A stretch of DNA of 60,574 nt, filler included, from Hausera hauseri (taxonomy: Eukaryota), in NCBI GenBank assembly GCA_046269625.1. It is 11 parts of 11 records of this genome, joined end to end, with 100 filler letters (N's around TTAATTAATTAA, not from the genome) between each part and the next. Parts side by side here need not be neighbours in the genome. Positions count along the whole stretch, not along the records: positions 49,152 to 54,304 come from JBJURY010320716.1; positions 54,405 to 60,574 come from JBJURY010130983.1; 9 more parts are not named here. One strand, given 5' to 3'. The notes beneath the pieces are model-generated. The model had not been told where the DNA came from and ran no database searches. It worked only from the letters and a program-made list of their open reading frames with translations. Both the position numbers and the translations under genes were made by a program. Shown in pieces: positions 49,152 through 60,574 of the stretch. Within the stretch, counting starts at the first letter, position 1; each line of letters begins with the position of its first letter.

Positions 49152-52100
49152 TGAAGACGGATGGTTAAAGGTATTCAAGAGATTGTTAGAAGACGAAGGA
49201 ATGATAAAATGTGTAGTGGCGATGAAGGAAGAGAGTTGAATATTGCAGTAGAAGTTGGAATTGTATTAGGCGAAAGAGTGGAAGTGGAAGATGAAACAGG
49301 GGTTGCGGTAGAGAGAGGAAAAGAGATAGGGATAGAAGTAAAGAGAAGAGGAAGTTGCAAAGCGGAAATGAAAGGGGTAGAAGACGATGTATGAGGAGAA
49401 AGGGAGAAAGAAACCTCCGAAGATGAAGAAGGTGTGAAAGGAGAAAGAGAGAGAGAAGACGGCGAAAAGGGACAAATCGAAAAAAAGCAAGAAGATGGAG
49501 AAGGCAAAGGAAAGTAGTTGGAAGGTGGTACGATGAAAGGGGTAGATGCAGAAATTGGTGAACTTGAAGTGGTGTTTGGTGGAGGAGGTCTTGTAAAAGG
49601 AGAAAGCAGGTTGTCACCAGGGGATGAAGTAGGTGTGAAAAGGCTTGCAGGTGCAAAATCGGATGGGGAAAAAGAGACTGACGTGTCAGAAAAAATTGAA
49701 GTGAAAATCTTGGACGAAAGCGTAGGTAAAGTGGGTTAAGAAATTGAGCGGAGATGGAAGGTAAATTGTTGAATTGTTGCGCGTATGGTAAAGATGTTGT
49801 TGGAGAAGTGGTTTCGATGGGAGACGTACTGTCAATGAAGAAAGCCGGCTTAGCGTTGTTGATGTGGACTTTTACTTCTTTTTCGTCCTTGAGAATGATG
49901 ATGTTGTAAGAGTGTAAACGGATTACTTTGTAATGGCCAAGATACTGAGTTTGAAAACCACACGGCGTCTGATTCTTCAACCATACAAATTTGGCAGTAT
50001 ATAAATCGTCGGATATGTAAGGTTTATTTCCGTGTAATAGTCTACAAAATGAGTCTTTGCTGATCGCAATGAAATGTCTCTGAACCGCTTGTATGGTTTT
50101 GTCTGTAGGAATATTATCCAGCTCAGCCAGCTCGAATAATGGTCTGATAGAAGTACCAAATAATGCTTCTGCAGGTGAAAAGCCTTTCGACGTAGATGAT
50201 GTGTTTTGCCAGCCAAGCAGAACGTACGGACGGAATGTAATGCAAGTGCGATTGGACTCAGCAAGGATTTTGAGAGACGTTTTCAACGTTCGGTGAAAGC
50301 GTTCGAGCAGGCCATTCAATTGAGTATGATATGGTGACGTGTGAATGTGGTTAATTCCCAATCGATTGACAAGAGCTTTAAACAGGTTGGATTCCAACTG
50401 TGGGCCTTGGTCCAAAATGATGTGGCGAGGTGATCCAAACCTGCTGATCCAAGTGCGGATGAAAACGTCTGCGATTGTTTCTGTATTGGTGCTCCGAAGC
50501 GAGACAGCCTCTAGCCATCGCGGGGAACGGTCCATCATTGTGAGGATGAGATGATGGCCGTTGTCTAAGGGTAGTGGGCTTACAAGGTCAATGTGAACAG
50601 ATTCAAAACGAGACGTGCAGGAAAAATGATACAGTGGTGGCTTTAGGTGCTTAGTAACTTTGTATTTTGGCATGCCACACACTGCCTAACTCATGCCTGC
50701 ACGTCAGAGAGCATCAACGGCCATACTACTTGGCATTGTAAAAGTCGAAAAGTGGCCTTGGCACCAGAATGATGCAACGAATGGATGTTTTTGAATGCTT
50801 CTTTTTGGAGTGATTTAGAAGGTATGACTTTAGGATTATTAGGTTTGGATGTGTCAAAGGCTACACCGTCGATGGTTTTGCACGATTTAAAAGATTTAAG
50901 GATGTCAGAAGGTGGCTGGTTTTGTTGAAGTTTGGACTGAGGGAAAATTGGTGTAAAATCAATCGAGCTGACCGATCGGGACAAAAAGTCAACTACTAAA
51001 TTTTCGACTCCGTTTAGATGCTTAATTTCAAAATTAAATGTGGACAAATACGATATTTGCCTCTCCTGACGCGGAGAAGGCAATTTCATGGTGAGAATTT
51101 TAAGCTATGGCTTGTGCTTCGTTTGTACTCTAAAGGTTCGTGCGGTTAGCAAACGCTTAGTGTTTTACGGCAAGGACATTGCAAGCAACTGTCTGTCAAA
51201 GGTGGAATATCTTTGCTCTTGTGCCGTGAATTTTCGAGAAAATAATTCTAATGACTCATGGGATCCATTTTTGACTTGATGGAGGAAAGCACCTGCAGCT
51301 GTTCTGGATGCATCCGTGGTTAAGAAGAGTTCTGCATGGGAGTCGGGATAGACCAGGATTTCGACGGTTTTTAGATTATCTTTGAGGTGATCGAAAGCGT
51401 TGACTAGCTGGGCGGTCCATTGAATAGGCTGTTTTTCTTGCCAGAGCTTAATAATGCAAATGGAGCGGTTAGAGTGGAACAGTGTGGAATATACTTATAA
51501 ATAAAGTGCAAAGTTCCGAGGAAAGAACGCATCTCTGTTGATGTACGTGGTAGCTGTATGTTTTTTAGCTGTGTAATGAGCTCTGGCTGAGGTGAATGTC
51601 CGGAGGAGCTAATAATATGTCCTAGGAAGTTGACCTTATGTTGGAAAAAGAGCATTTGGTGAAATTAATTTGCAAATTGTTTTGGTGCAAGCGCTGGAAG
51701 ATTAAACGCAAGTGCTTGGAGTGTTGTTTCGAGGAAGATTATGCAATTAGTATATCATCGATATAGGGAAAGACAAAGTCTAAACCTGAGAGGACTGTAT
51801 CAATATGCCTTTGGGAGGTCTGAGAAGCGCTACGGAGTCTAAAAGGCATGAAAAGGTATTTGAAAAGGCCAAAATGTGTAATGACAGCCGTTTTCTGAAT
51901 GTCTGCTGGTGCTACCGGAATTTGGTGGTATGCTTTGTGCAAATCAATGCAAGAAAAAATGGTCGAACCATGGAGATTGTGAAGGATGTCGTTGATTAAT
52001 GGAAAAGCGTAGGCATCCATTGTTGTTATGATGTTGAGTTGGCGGTAATCACCGCATGGGCGAAAGGTACCATCCTTTTTGGAACCACATGTAGAGGTGA

Positions 52101-54304
52101 AGACCAGGGGATTTCGATCTTCTGATTATTCCTGATTTTTCCAGTTCGAGAAACTTAGCCTCCACTGCCTGTCTGCGGCTAGGCGATAGCGGGCGGACCT
52201 TTTGACGTATTGGTCTTTGATGTACTGTTACTATGTGGTGGAAGGTGGATTTAGGTAGTACGAATGATTTGTCCTTTTGCAACAGACATGTGTAGGAAGA
52301 CGAAATATATTGCTGTAAGTCAGAGGGCAACGATTAAAAATTTTCAGATGGTGCCGATGCATCGTGACTGGATGCAGTTGAGGTATAAGTTGTAGACGAG
52401 GTGTTGTGACTAGGTGGTATTAGGTGCAGGATGTTCGTGTTGAAGATGGTGTTGGCTGCTGTATTATCATTAATAGGTGCCACGCAGTTGGCAAAATTGT
52501 ATTTGTTGCCGTAATAAAAATTTCTATATAATAAATGATTATAAAAATAATTTAAATCGGAAGTCGTTTTCTTTAGTATTGATTTGCTAGAAACGATCGC
52601 CCGGGTGGTCACCAAAATGCTGATAGTTTGGTTAAAATGATTTCCGCTTTTTAAGGATCATCGTTTGCAGTCTACAAGTAAATTGTACTGGGACAGAAAG
52701 TCTGAACCCAATATAGGTGTGGATACATTGGCTACTGTAAATTTCAAAGTGAATGTGCTTAGGAAATTTGGAAGTTTAAAAGTTAATTTAGTAACACCAA
52801 AAGTTTGTAAAGGTAAACCGGACGCAGTGAACAGTTGCTTTTTTGAAGTGAAATTGTTTTGGATGTGCTATGTTGGTGGTAGTAAAGAGATTGCTGTGCC
52901 AGTGTCAATGAGAAAATGAATGTTTTGCTTTGTTGAAGTGACGACTGCTGCTTCCAACGTGAATACAGCAAAAGAAATGTGTCGGCTATCTTTTTGTGGG
53001 TTGTTGCTTTTGCTAGAACTTGCCGTGTATCCTAGCGCTGGAATCAGTTTTTTGTAGTTGGTAAGTTTGGTCTGCTATTTTGTGTGAGTTTTGTAGTGTT
53101 GATTTTATTGTACGTATTGTAGTTACAGCCAGGTAAGCATTTTTGTGCTTTTATGCCAAATTTGGAGTGATAGATGCAAACAATGTTGCTTGTATTAAAA
53201 TGGGGTAGTAAAATTTACAACCGATGCAGCATTTCTGAGCATTGTTACCAAATTTGTTGTGATAGTAGCAAATAGACGAAGGCGCGGGCATAGGCGACCG
53301 TCTTTGTCGTTGAAGCAGCCCTATAAAAATCTCGTCAAGGCAGCGTTAATTCATTTAGTTTCCCGTTTATGTTATTAATTTTTTTTGCAAATTTTCGTTG
53401 TCTGCGTAATTGCATAATTTGTTTCTGCAGCAGTGCATTTTGTTGTTGGTGGTTTGTTGTTAATGCCGCAGAGACAGTTGGTGCTGTGTGTGAGTGCAAC
53501 TCTTCATAAGCTTTGTCCGCCAGTTTGTCTAACTTTTCCAGTGCCGTGGAGTCTTCGACGACAGTGAGCAAAGCTCTTATTTGAAGGGGCAATGCGTTTA
53601 AAAAGTAACGACGAAGAAGTTCTGGACTATGCTCAGATGTTACGCCAAGGGTATTGATGTGAGACAAAGATGTGCGCAAGAATTCAGAAGGTTTCTGAAG
53701 GTCCATGGCGTTGTCGTTGAAGAACCTTTGAATGATTGAATCTATTGACGGCTCAGTAAGCTTAAGAATGGCATTGTAAAGTTGAGAATATGGATCGGTG
53801 TGGTGAAAGATTTCGATGATGTGGGTAATTTTCGTTTTGGTAGAAGTAGTTAAGTGGAAAAACAGGTTGTTGGCTTTAGATAAGGGGTCGACGACGTTTT
53901 GTGATTGGAGCCAGAGTCGATGCAATTTTAACCACGTTTGGATATAATTTGGACTGTCGAGGAAGTATTCTGTGCAGGGTGAATAAATGGGGAGTGTGTG
54001 ATGTGTCGGAGTGTTTGAAGCACTTTTTTTTGGTAGTAAGTGATGGAGGTTGGTGGTTTGGTGGCTTTGTCCGTGGTATCTATGATGGGGAGGAAATCAT
54101 GCCATTACGTACATGGGGGTAAACGTGAATAATGAAAGAAGATTGTGTTGAAGAAATGAAATCGGCAAGAGTGGAGAGGATGAGGCCGTGATGACTGAGG
54201 AAAAAGTCGTTTAAGTGTGTTGTAGTGCGGATATGATTGTACAATTGGATTATTGTAGTGTGTTGTGTTATTCCGTATGTTGTGGCTTGTTCATTGTTTA
54301 GAAA
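49152..54304 (-). mobile_element. Decayed Ty3/Gypsy (family A, copy 2): gag-pro-RT-RH-INT plus low-complexity tail
   Basis: Gag 53925-53044, FLIDTG, IDLHKAYHQIP, PYIDD, LTTDAS, VHIDLV.PLP, DQGPQ, NGLLERFHRTLK. Confidence 0.93.
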
Positions 54305-54404
54305 NNNNNNNNNNNNNNNNNNNNNNNNNNNNNNNNNNNNNNNNNNNNTTAATTAATTAANNNNNNNNNNNNNNNNNNNNNNNNNNNNNNNNNNNNNNNN
54401 NNNN
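54305..54404. other. Artificial contig-join spacer
   Basis: N44-TTAATTAATTAA-N44. Confidence 0.99.
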
Positions 54405-56447
54405 TGAAGATGATGACAGAGATGGACGTGAGATGGAAGATGACGATTGAGCGTGACAGAAAAGTGATTGCTGCAACGGCGCAAACATGGTAGATGGTCT
54501 TGGTGTAAGATGGTAGCTGTGAGATGAGAGATTAAGGAGTTTGTATGGGCCAACATATTGAGGTCTAAAACCCGAAGGCGATTGATTCTTCAGCCACACA
54601 AACTTGGTGGAGTATAAATTCTTCGGAATGTACGATTTGTTATTGAAGAGACGGCAGAACGAGTCTAAGCTGACCTCGACGAAATTAGATTGTGCTGCAA
54701 AAATATTTTCGTCTGTGAGGTTGTCGTCGAGATCGGAAAGTTCAAATAAAGCCCGAATTGGAGCCCCAAAAAGTGCCTCGGCTGGAGCACAACCGGTGGT
54801 GGTGGAGGGTGCGTTGCGCCACCCTAGTAGAACGAATAGTAGAATGGACGTCCAATTACGATGATTGTCAGCCAAGAGTTTTAAAGAAATTTTCATTGTT
54901 CGATGGAACCTTTCAAGGAGGCCATTCGCTTGAGGATATGGTGTGTTATGGAAATGGGATATCCGCACGCGTTTAGCAAGTGATGTGAAGAGTTCCCATT
55001 CAAATTGCGGACCTTGATCCGTTATTATATAAAGTGGGGAACCAAAACGACTGATCCAGAATTTTATAAAGGCGTCAACTACTGAATCAGTGTTCGTTGA
55101 GCGAAGAGGAATGGCTTCAGGCCAGCGAGAAGCACGATCCATCATAGTAAGGATATATTGATATTTGTTGTCAGAAGGCAAGGGGCCAATGAGATCAAGA
55201 TAAACGATATGAATACGTAATGTACAGGGGAAATGGTAAAGCGGTGGTTTAAGATGTTTGCTGATTTTGTATTTTTGACAGGCTACGCATTCCTTGACCC
55301 AACCCTGTACATATTTGCGCATTGATGGCCAAACTACATGACGTTGAAGCAGGCGAAAGGTTTTTTTCGAACCCGGATGATGGAGTGAATGCGTATGAAG
55401 GAAGGCTGGCTTTTGGAAAGATGGAGTTAGAATGATCTTTTTATTACCGGAATTAGACGTATCAAAATCAATGCCATCTACAATTTCGAAGGATTCTAAA
55501 GAGCTAAGGAAGTCAGCAGACAGTTGATTGGCCTTTAAGACTTCGGGTGAGAAAATCGGCTCAACTGTAATGGAGCCAACGGACCTCGATAGAAAATCTG
55601 CTACTAAATTATCTGTGCCTGAAATGTATTTTAAAACAAAACTGAATTTAAATACGTATGATATACGTCGTTCTTACCTCGGCGATGGCTGTTTTAACGA
55701 TATAATATGCAGGAGACGCTTGTGGTCTGTTTGAATTACGAATATACGAGAGAGAAGTAGGTGTCTGAAATGTTTTACTGCCAGAACTATGGCGAGTAAC
55801 TCACGGTCAAATGTTAAGTAACGGCTTTCGGATTCTGCGAGTTTTCGAGAGTAAAACTCTAATGGTTCGTCGACGCAGTTAGAAATATGATGTAGTACTG
55901 CACCAGTAGCTGTGGTAGAGGCATCGGTGGTAAGTATAAGATCTGCGTTGGGCTTTGGATAGACTAGTATTTCGACGGTTTTAGGCCTTCGCGTAGGTGA
56001 TCAAATTTGGTGACTAAATCAGGAGTCCAGTGGATTAACTGCCTCTTTTTCGGATGGTAGATGTGCAAAAAGTGCTGTAGGCTCAGAACAATGCGGTACG
56101 TATTTGTGGGTGAAGTGGACCATGCCTACGAAACTCCTCATATCCGTGGTAATCGTTGGTAGCGTTATGTTTTTCAATTCTTGTAGTCTATCCGGTTGTG
56201 GAGAGTGGCTGTGAGGAGTGATGATGCGGCCTAGGAAATTAACACGCTTTTGAAAGAAATGACAGTTGGAGAAATTGACTTGCAAATTTTTGTGATGTAG
56301 TCTGTGAAAGATAATTCTGAGGTGTTCTTAATGTTGTTTAACAGATGTGGAGGCAACCAATATAACATCAATGTATGGATGAGCAAAGTCAAGCCCTGAG
56401 AGAACGGTATCAGTGTGCCGTTGAAAAGTTTGGAAAGCACTACGTAA
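54405..56447 (-). mobile_element. Decayed Ty3/Gypsy (family A, copy 3): RT C-half, RH, INT
   Basis: HPYID, TTDAS, LDLIGPLP, TDQGPQFE, ANGLLERFHRTMK, YVGPY. RT similarity ends abruptly at ~56447. Confidence 0.92.
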
Positions 56448-57430
56448 GCACTATGTTTTATGAACCTTTTTAATGTCAAAATTATAACTTTTTATCAATA
56501 ACAGCAGAATATATTTTTTAATCATGTCATTGAATTTTTGGGCAGTTTCAGTCATTTTCGTTTGATTTGTTTGTCAAGAGTGACTGTTCCACATGTAGAG
56601 AATTAAACCCAAATGTTGTAAATAAATGCAATGAGCAAGGCTAAATTCCGATGAGAATATACAGCAGAAATACGACTATAATTTCTAAATTTTATTTTTC
56701 AACTATCACCAGGAATCAATAATCAATTTTATACATAATATACATCATATTCTGTTTCCAAGATAATGTTTCCCACTGCCGTTTATTGCACTTAAATTTC
56801 CTAATCATCAACCGAATTTTAAATACAAACCATAAAATTGAAATGATCATTGGTTACATTCACAAGTAGAACATGTTCTATTTCTGAAAATATGTGTGCG
56901 TGCACATTTCTTTTACAATTTGTGGGGAAAAATGTTGGTATAGCCACAAGAATCGTTGGATTGTCCACGAGTATCACAAATGAGATATTTCTAAATACAA
57001 TCCGCATAAATCATATTCAACATTTTGTACGCTTTTTCCAAAAAATTTGTAAACTTAAACTGAGAATCTTTAATGGTTCAACGAAATTGATTGAAGAAAA
57101 ACTGTTTGATGTTTTCTCCATAAAGTTCGAACAAATGGATGTCGAAGATTTCACGATTTTCTCGCAACACAATGAATTTCATTAATTCCAACTTTTTCTA
57201 TTGATCACAAGTCAAAGATAAATGCTCGATTATTTCGTCTCAATGATAAGGTGATCACTAAGATAATGCGTAATTACTATATTCATCCATTCAGAGATAT
57301 TTGCTCCACCAGCGCTAACTCCATTTAACAGCAAACTGATTTCAATACAATTTTGATATTTCATCTCATTTCCATATGACAACGCTACACTTGGTATTCT
57401 GAGATTACACTTGATATTTACATGGTGAAC

Positions 57431-57488
57431 GGAAATCCTCCAACCGATCCGCTAACCCCTCCAGTGCGACCACGCTTTAAGCACTACA
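57431..57488 (-). repeat. Conserved 5' cap of LTR-like segment (copy 2), at the 3' LTR position
   Basis: TGTAGTGCTTAAAGCGTGGTCGCACTGGAGGGGTTAGCGGATCGG, immediately after the 3' UTR of copy 4; homologous to 806-864. Confidence 0.7.
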
Positions 57489-59660
57489 TCAGCCTCCGTG
57501 GCAAGATGAAGACTATGAAGAAAAAAAATAAATAAATGGAAATTATAGTAGGAAAAGGAAAACTTGTATCTATTCGGTTTTGGTACGTGTTAGACGTTGG
57601 ACTCCATCTATGAACTTCTCCCTGCTGTATGTACTAAATATCACTTTGCGTGACCTGTTAGATGTTAATGATGCTTGTGGAGTTGTTTAAGGGAGAGATA
57701 ATGTGGATTTTGTGGTGCTTTGGGAGGATGCTTCATGAACATATGAAAGTGGAGAAGCTGAAAAAGGAAAAGGATCACTCGAAGACGAGACTGTAGATGG
57801 CAGCGAATCGTGCGATGAAGGTGAAATGAGTAGTGGATGTGCAGGCAATAACGGAAAAGCAAATGGTGAAGGAGCAGTGGATGATGACGAAAGTAAAGAG
57901 AACTGATTGTAACGCGAGGGTGAATGCTGCGAAGGATTAAAATCATCAAGGAAATTAGATGATGGATCGAGGGTAGAGAAGTTTGAGTTGAGATTTGAAA
58001 CAATGCTGTTATCATGCTCATCGTCAACGAAGAAGGCTGGCTTAAAATGTGAGATGTGTACGTTGTGAGGTCTGTCCTTGCGTAAAATAGTGGAGGTATG
58101 CGAAGAAAGGTTCACTAGTTTGTAAGGGTCAACCTAATGGGGCCGAAAACCAGAAGGTGACGGATCCTTCAGCCATACAAACTTGACTGAGTATAAGTCC
58201 TCTGGAATATAGGATTTATCTTTATTTATGAGGCGGAAAAATGCGTTTGAGTTGATATCTACAAAGCATGGCTGTGCCGCACGAATAACTTCATCTGACG
58301 GGCTTTCATCGGAATTGGAGAGCTCAAATATGGCGCGAATTGGTGTCAAAAGAGAGCTTCAGCTGGAGCATAGCCGGTGATGGTGGATGGCGTGTTGCGC
58401 CAACAGAGTAGGACAAGAGGAAGAATTGAGGCCCACTTATGATTGTTGTTAGCCAGGATTTTTAAGGAAATCTTCATGGTACGATGAAATCTCTCGAGAA
58501 GACCATTTGCTTGGGAATGATACGGTGTCGTATGGAGATGGGCTATCCCCAAGTGTTTTACAAGAGATTTGGAAAGATCAGCTTCAAATTGCGGACCTTG
58601 CTCCGTTATGATGTGACGTGGTAAGCCAAAACGGCTGACCCATATCTTGATAAATGCATCAGCTACAGAGTCAGTGTTGGTTGATCGAAGCGGAACGGCT
58701 ACCGGCCAGCGAGAAGCGCGATCCATCATGGATAAGATGTACTGATAACCATTGTCGGAAGGTAGAGGACCCACAAGATCCAAATGCACGGTTTCAAAAC
58801 GAGAAATGCAAGTGAAGTGGTAAAGTGGTGGTTTGAGGTGTTTGTGGACCTTGTATTGCTGGTGTGCTGCACATCCCTTAACCCAGATTTGTACATCTGT
58901 ATGCATAGTTGGCCATACAACGTGGCGTTGCATTATACGAAATGTGGCTTTTGAACACGGATGATAAAGAGAGTGAAAATGAGTGAAAGCTGTCTTTTGT
59001 AGCAATGGAGCCAGAATGATTTTTTATTAGTCGAGTTGGATGTGTCTTAGGCGATGCCACTGATGATCTCAACCGATTTAAAGACATGGAGAATATCAGA
59101 TGATGGCTGATTATTTCTCAGGACTTCAGAGGCGAAAACTGGCTGAACTGTAATTGAGTTGATCGACCGCAACAGTAAATCTGCTACTACGTTTTCGGTG
59201 CCAGAAATATATTTCATGGAAAAACAAAATGTCGACAGATATGATATCTGACGTTCTTGCCTGGGTGATGGCTGTTTTAACGTCATGATATGAAGTAGAC
59301 GTTTATAGCCGATTTGGACGACGAATTGACGTGATAGGAGCAAATGCTTAAAACGCTTTATCGCTAGAACTACAGCCAGGAGTTCACGATCGAATGTTGA
59401 ATATCGGCTTTCCGGTTGCGTGAGCTTTCGGGAATAGAATTCCAATGGTTCGTCAACATCATTGTATATTTGGTGCAATATCGCACCAGTGGCTGTGGTT
59501 GAGGCATCGGTAGTTAATATTAGTTCCGCGTTCGGTTTTGGAAAAGGCAGGATTTCAAAGGATTTCAGACCATCACGAAGACGGTCAAATTGATTAATTA
59601 GATCGGGAGTCCAACGGATTAGTTGTCTTTTCTTCCCGGATGAGGTGTGCAAAAGGTGCC

Positions 59661-60433
59661 TTTGATCTGATAGAGAATAAATCCATTTAACGAACAACGG
59701 AGGATAACAAAAAAAAATAAAAGACTAGAGAAACCTTGTAATTTTCACAATTTTAAATCAATTATGTAGTCAATATTTTATCTAAATTAGCATCATCATT
59801 ATCGTAAGTCATATGTTTAAAAATTTCTGGTTCACGAACAAACTCCATGGCTCGAAATAAAACGGCGACTGGTATTTCGCTTTTCGTCATTGAAACGTTT
59901 ACTTCAATTTTTGGATACACATTCAAATTGATATTATTCATCATCAATATTATAACTCAAATAAATGACGAAACCCACTTCAACACTTCTGTTTTATGTA
60001 AATTGATAATAATCTTTGACAAACTTTCGTAATATTGCACAAGAGTGATCGGAATCAATTTGGTAAAAAAGACAACCGTAAAGATGATGGGTATTTTGAA
60101 AATTGTAAAACAAATTATAAAATGGAATATCAAAATAACCGTAATCTACAGATAATAGTTTTTATCCAGATACTCTACACTACGTCGGATCGAGTTCAAA
60201 CAGTGATTTATTATTTTGAAATGTTCACGAAGATAAACGGAATTTGTCTTTAGTACTTGCCATTAAAGCACGTAATGCAACGTAAAAAATTATTTTGAAA
60301 AATCCAACATCCAAAATAAATGATCCAATAGAGACCATTAGATTTAACGTTCCATCTGATTTATTTGGACATTGAAATTTGAATTCCTCGATCCCGGCGA
60401 GTAAAAGAGCGCGCCCACGGCTCCGGCACCACA
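59661..60433 (-). mobile_element. 773-bp insertion with 5-bp target-site duplication (solo-LTR-like)
   Basis: GTGCC at 59656-59660 and 60434-60438. The homologous empty site in copy 1 (~4683) has a single GGCAC. The insert begins TGTGGTGCC. Confidence 0.75.
59765..59908 (-). pseudogene. Fragment of RNA polymerase II second-largest subunit (RPB2-like)
   Basis: KSEIPVAVLFRAMEFVREPEIFKHMTYDNDD resembles the RPB2 segment KQ.IPI.I.FRALG...D.EILEHI.YD..D. Confidence 0.65.
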
Positions 60434-60574
60434 GTGCCGTTAGTTCGGAGCAATGTGGCTCGTACATGTGTACGAAGTGCAGTGTCCCTAGAAAACTCCT
60501 CATGTCGGTAGTGGTAATTGGTAATGTCACATTTTTCAATTGTTGTAAGCGATCAGGCTAAGGCGAATGACCTT

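Larger units (their letters stand above)
57489..60574 (-). mobile_element. Decayed Ty3/Gypsy (family A, copy 4): RT end, RH, INT, interrupted by a 773-bp insertion
   Basis: MRSFLGTLHF, LTTDAS, YSTFDRELLA, VHLDLVGPLP, ANGLLERFHRTMK. Confidence 0.92.

Noticed and set aside
49161-49739. Plus-strand Glu/Gly/Lys-rich ORFs and Phe-rich 'membrane' ORFs
   Set aside because: Shadows of the purine/pyrimidine-skewed low-complexity tail.

Overview
This is not one contiguous locus and it is not prokaryotic. It is 11 short, AT-rich eukaryotic contigs (most likely an invertebrate animal) joined by ten identical 100-bp artificial spacers (N44-TTAATTAATTAA-N44). Most of it is mobile DNA: several decayed Ty3/Gypsy LTR retrotransposons, a near-intact BEL/Pao element assembled as a one-LTR circle, a decayed Polinton/Maverick-type protein-primed PolB, and Tc1/mariner and pogo remnants. 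Four things stand out. (1) Two copies of an LTR-element family (9822-14413 +, 43724-49051 -) whose consensus is one reading frame: long helical region, ubiquitin-like domain, internal signal peptide, chuvirus-like glycoprotein, TM, linker, aspartic protease. The envelope lies upstream of Pol and in frame with it. (2) A Gypsy element (25708-32810 -) whose integrase runs, past one stop, into a signal peptide/FN3-like/furin-site/FN3-like/TM module and then apparently inactive AlkB-like and DEDDh-exonuclease-like domains. (3) An array of RING, Zn-finger and BIR cassettes (14514-16880 -), each starting right after a candidate splice acceptor in the same phase, consistent with alternative terminal exons on one shared first exon. 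(4) A Gypsy family whose LTR-like segments share only a ~55-nt 5' cap followed by unrelated sequence containing host gene fragments (PDI, RPB2); one such segment is flanked by a 5-bp target-site duplication. All domain calls are by-eye motif recognition and need HMM or structure confirmation.
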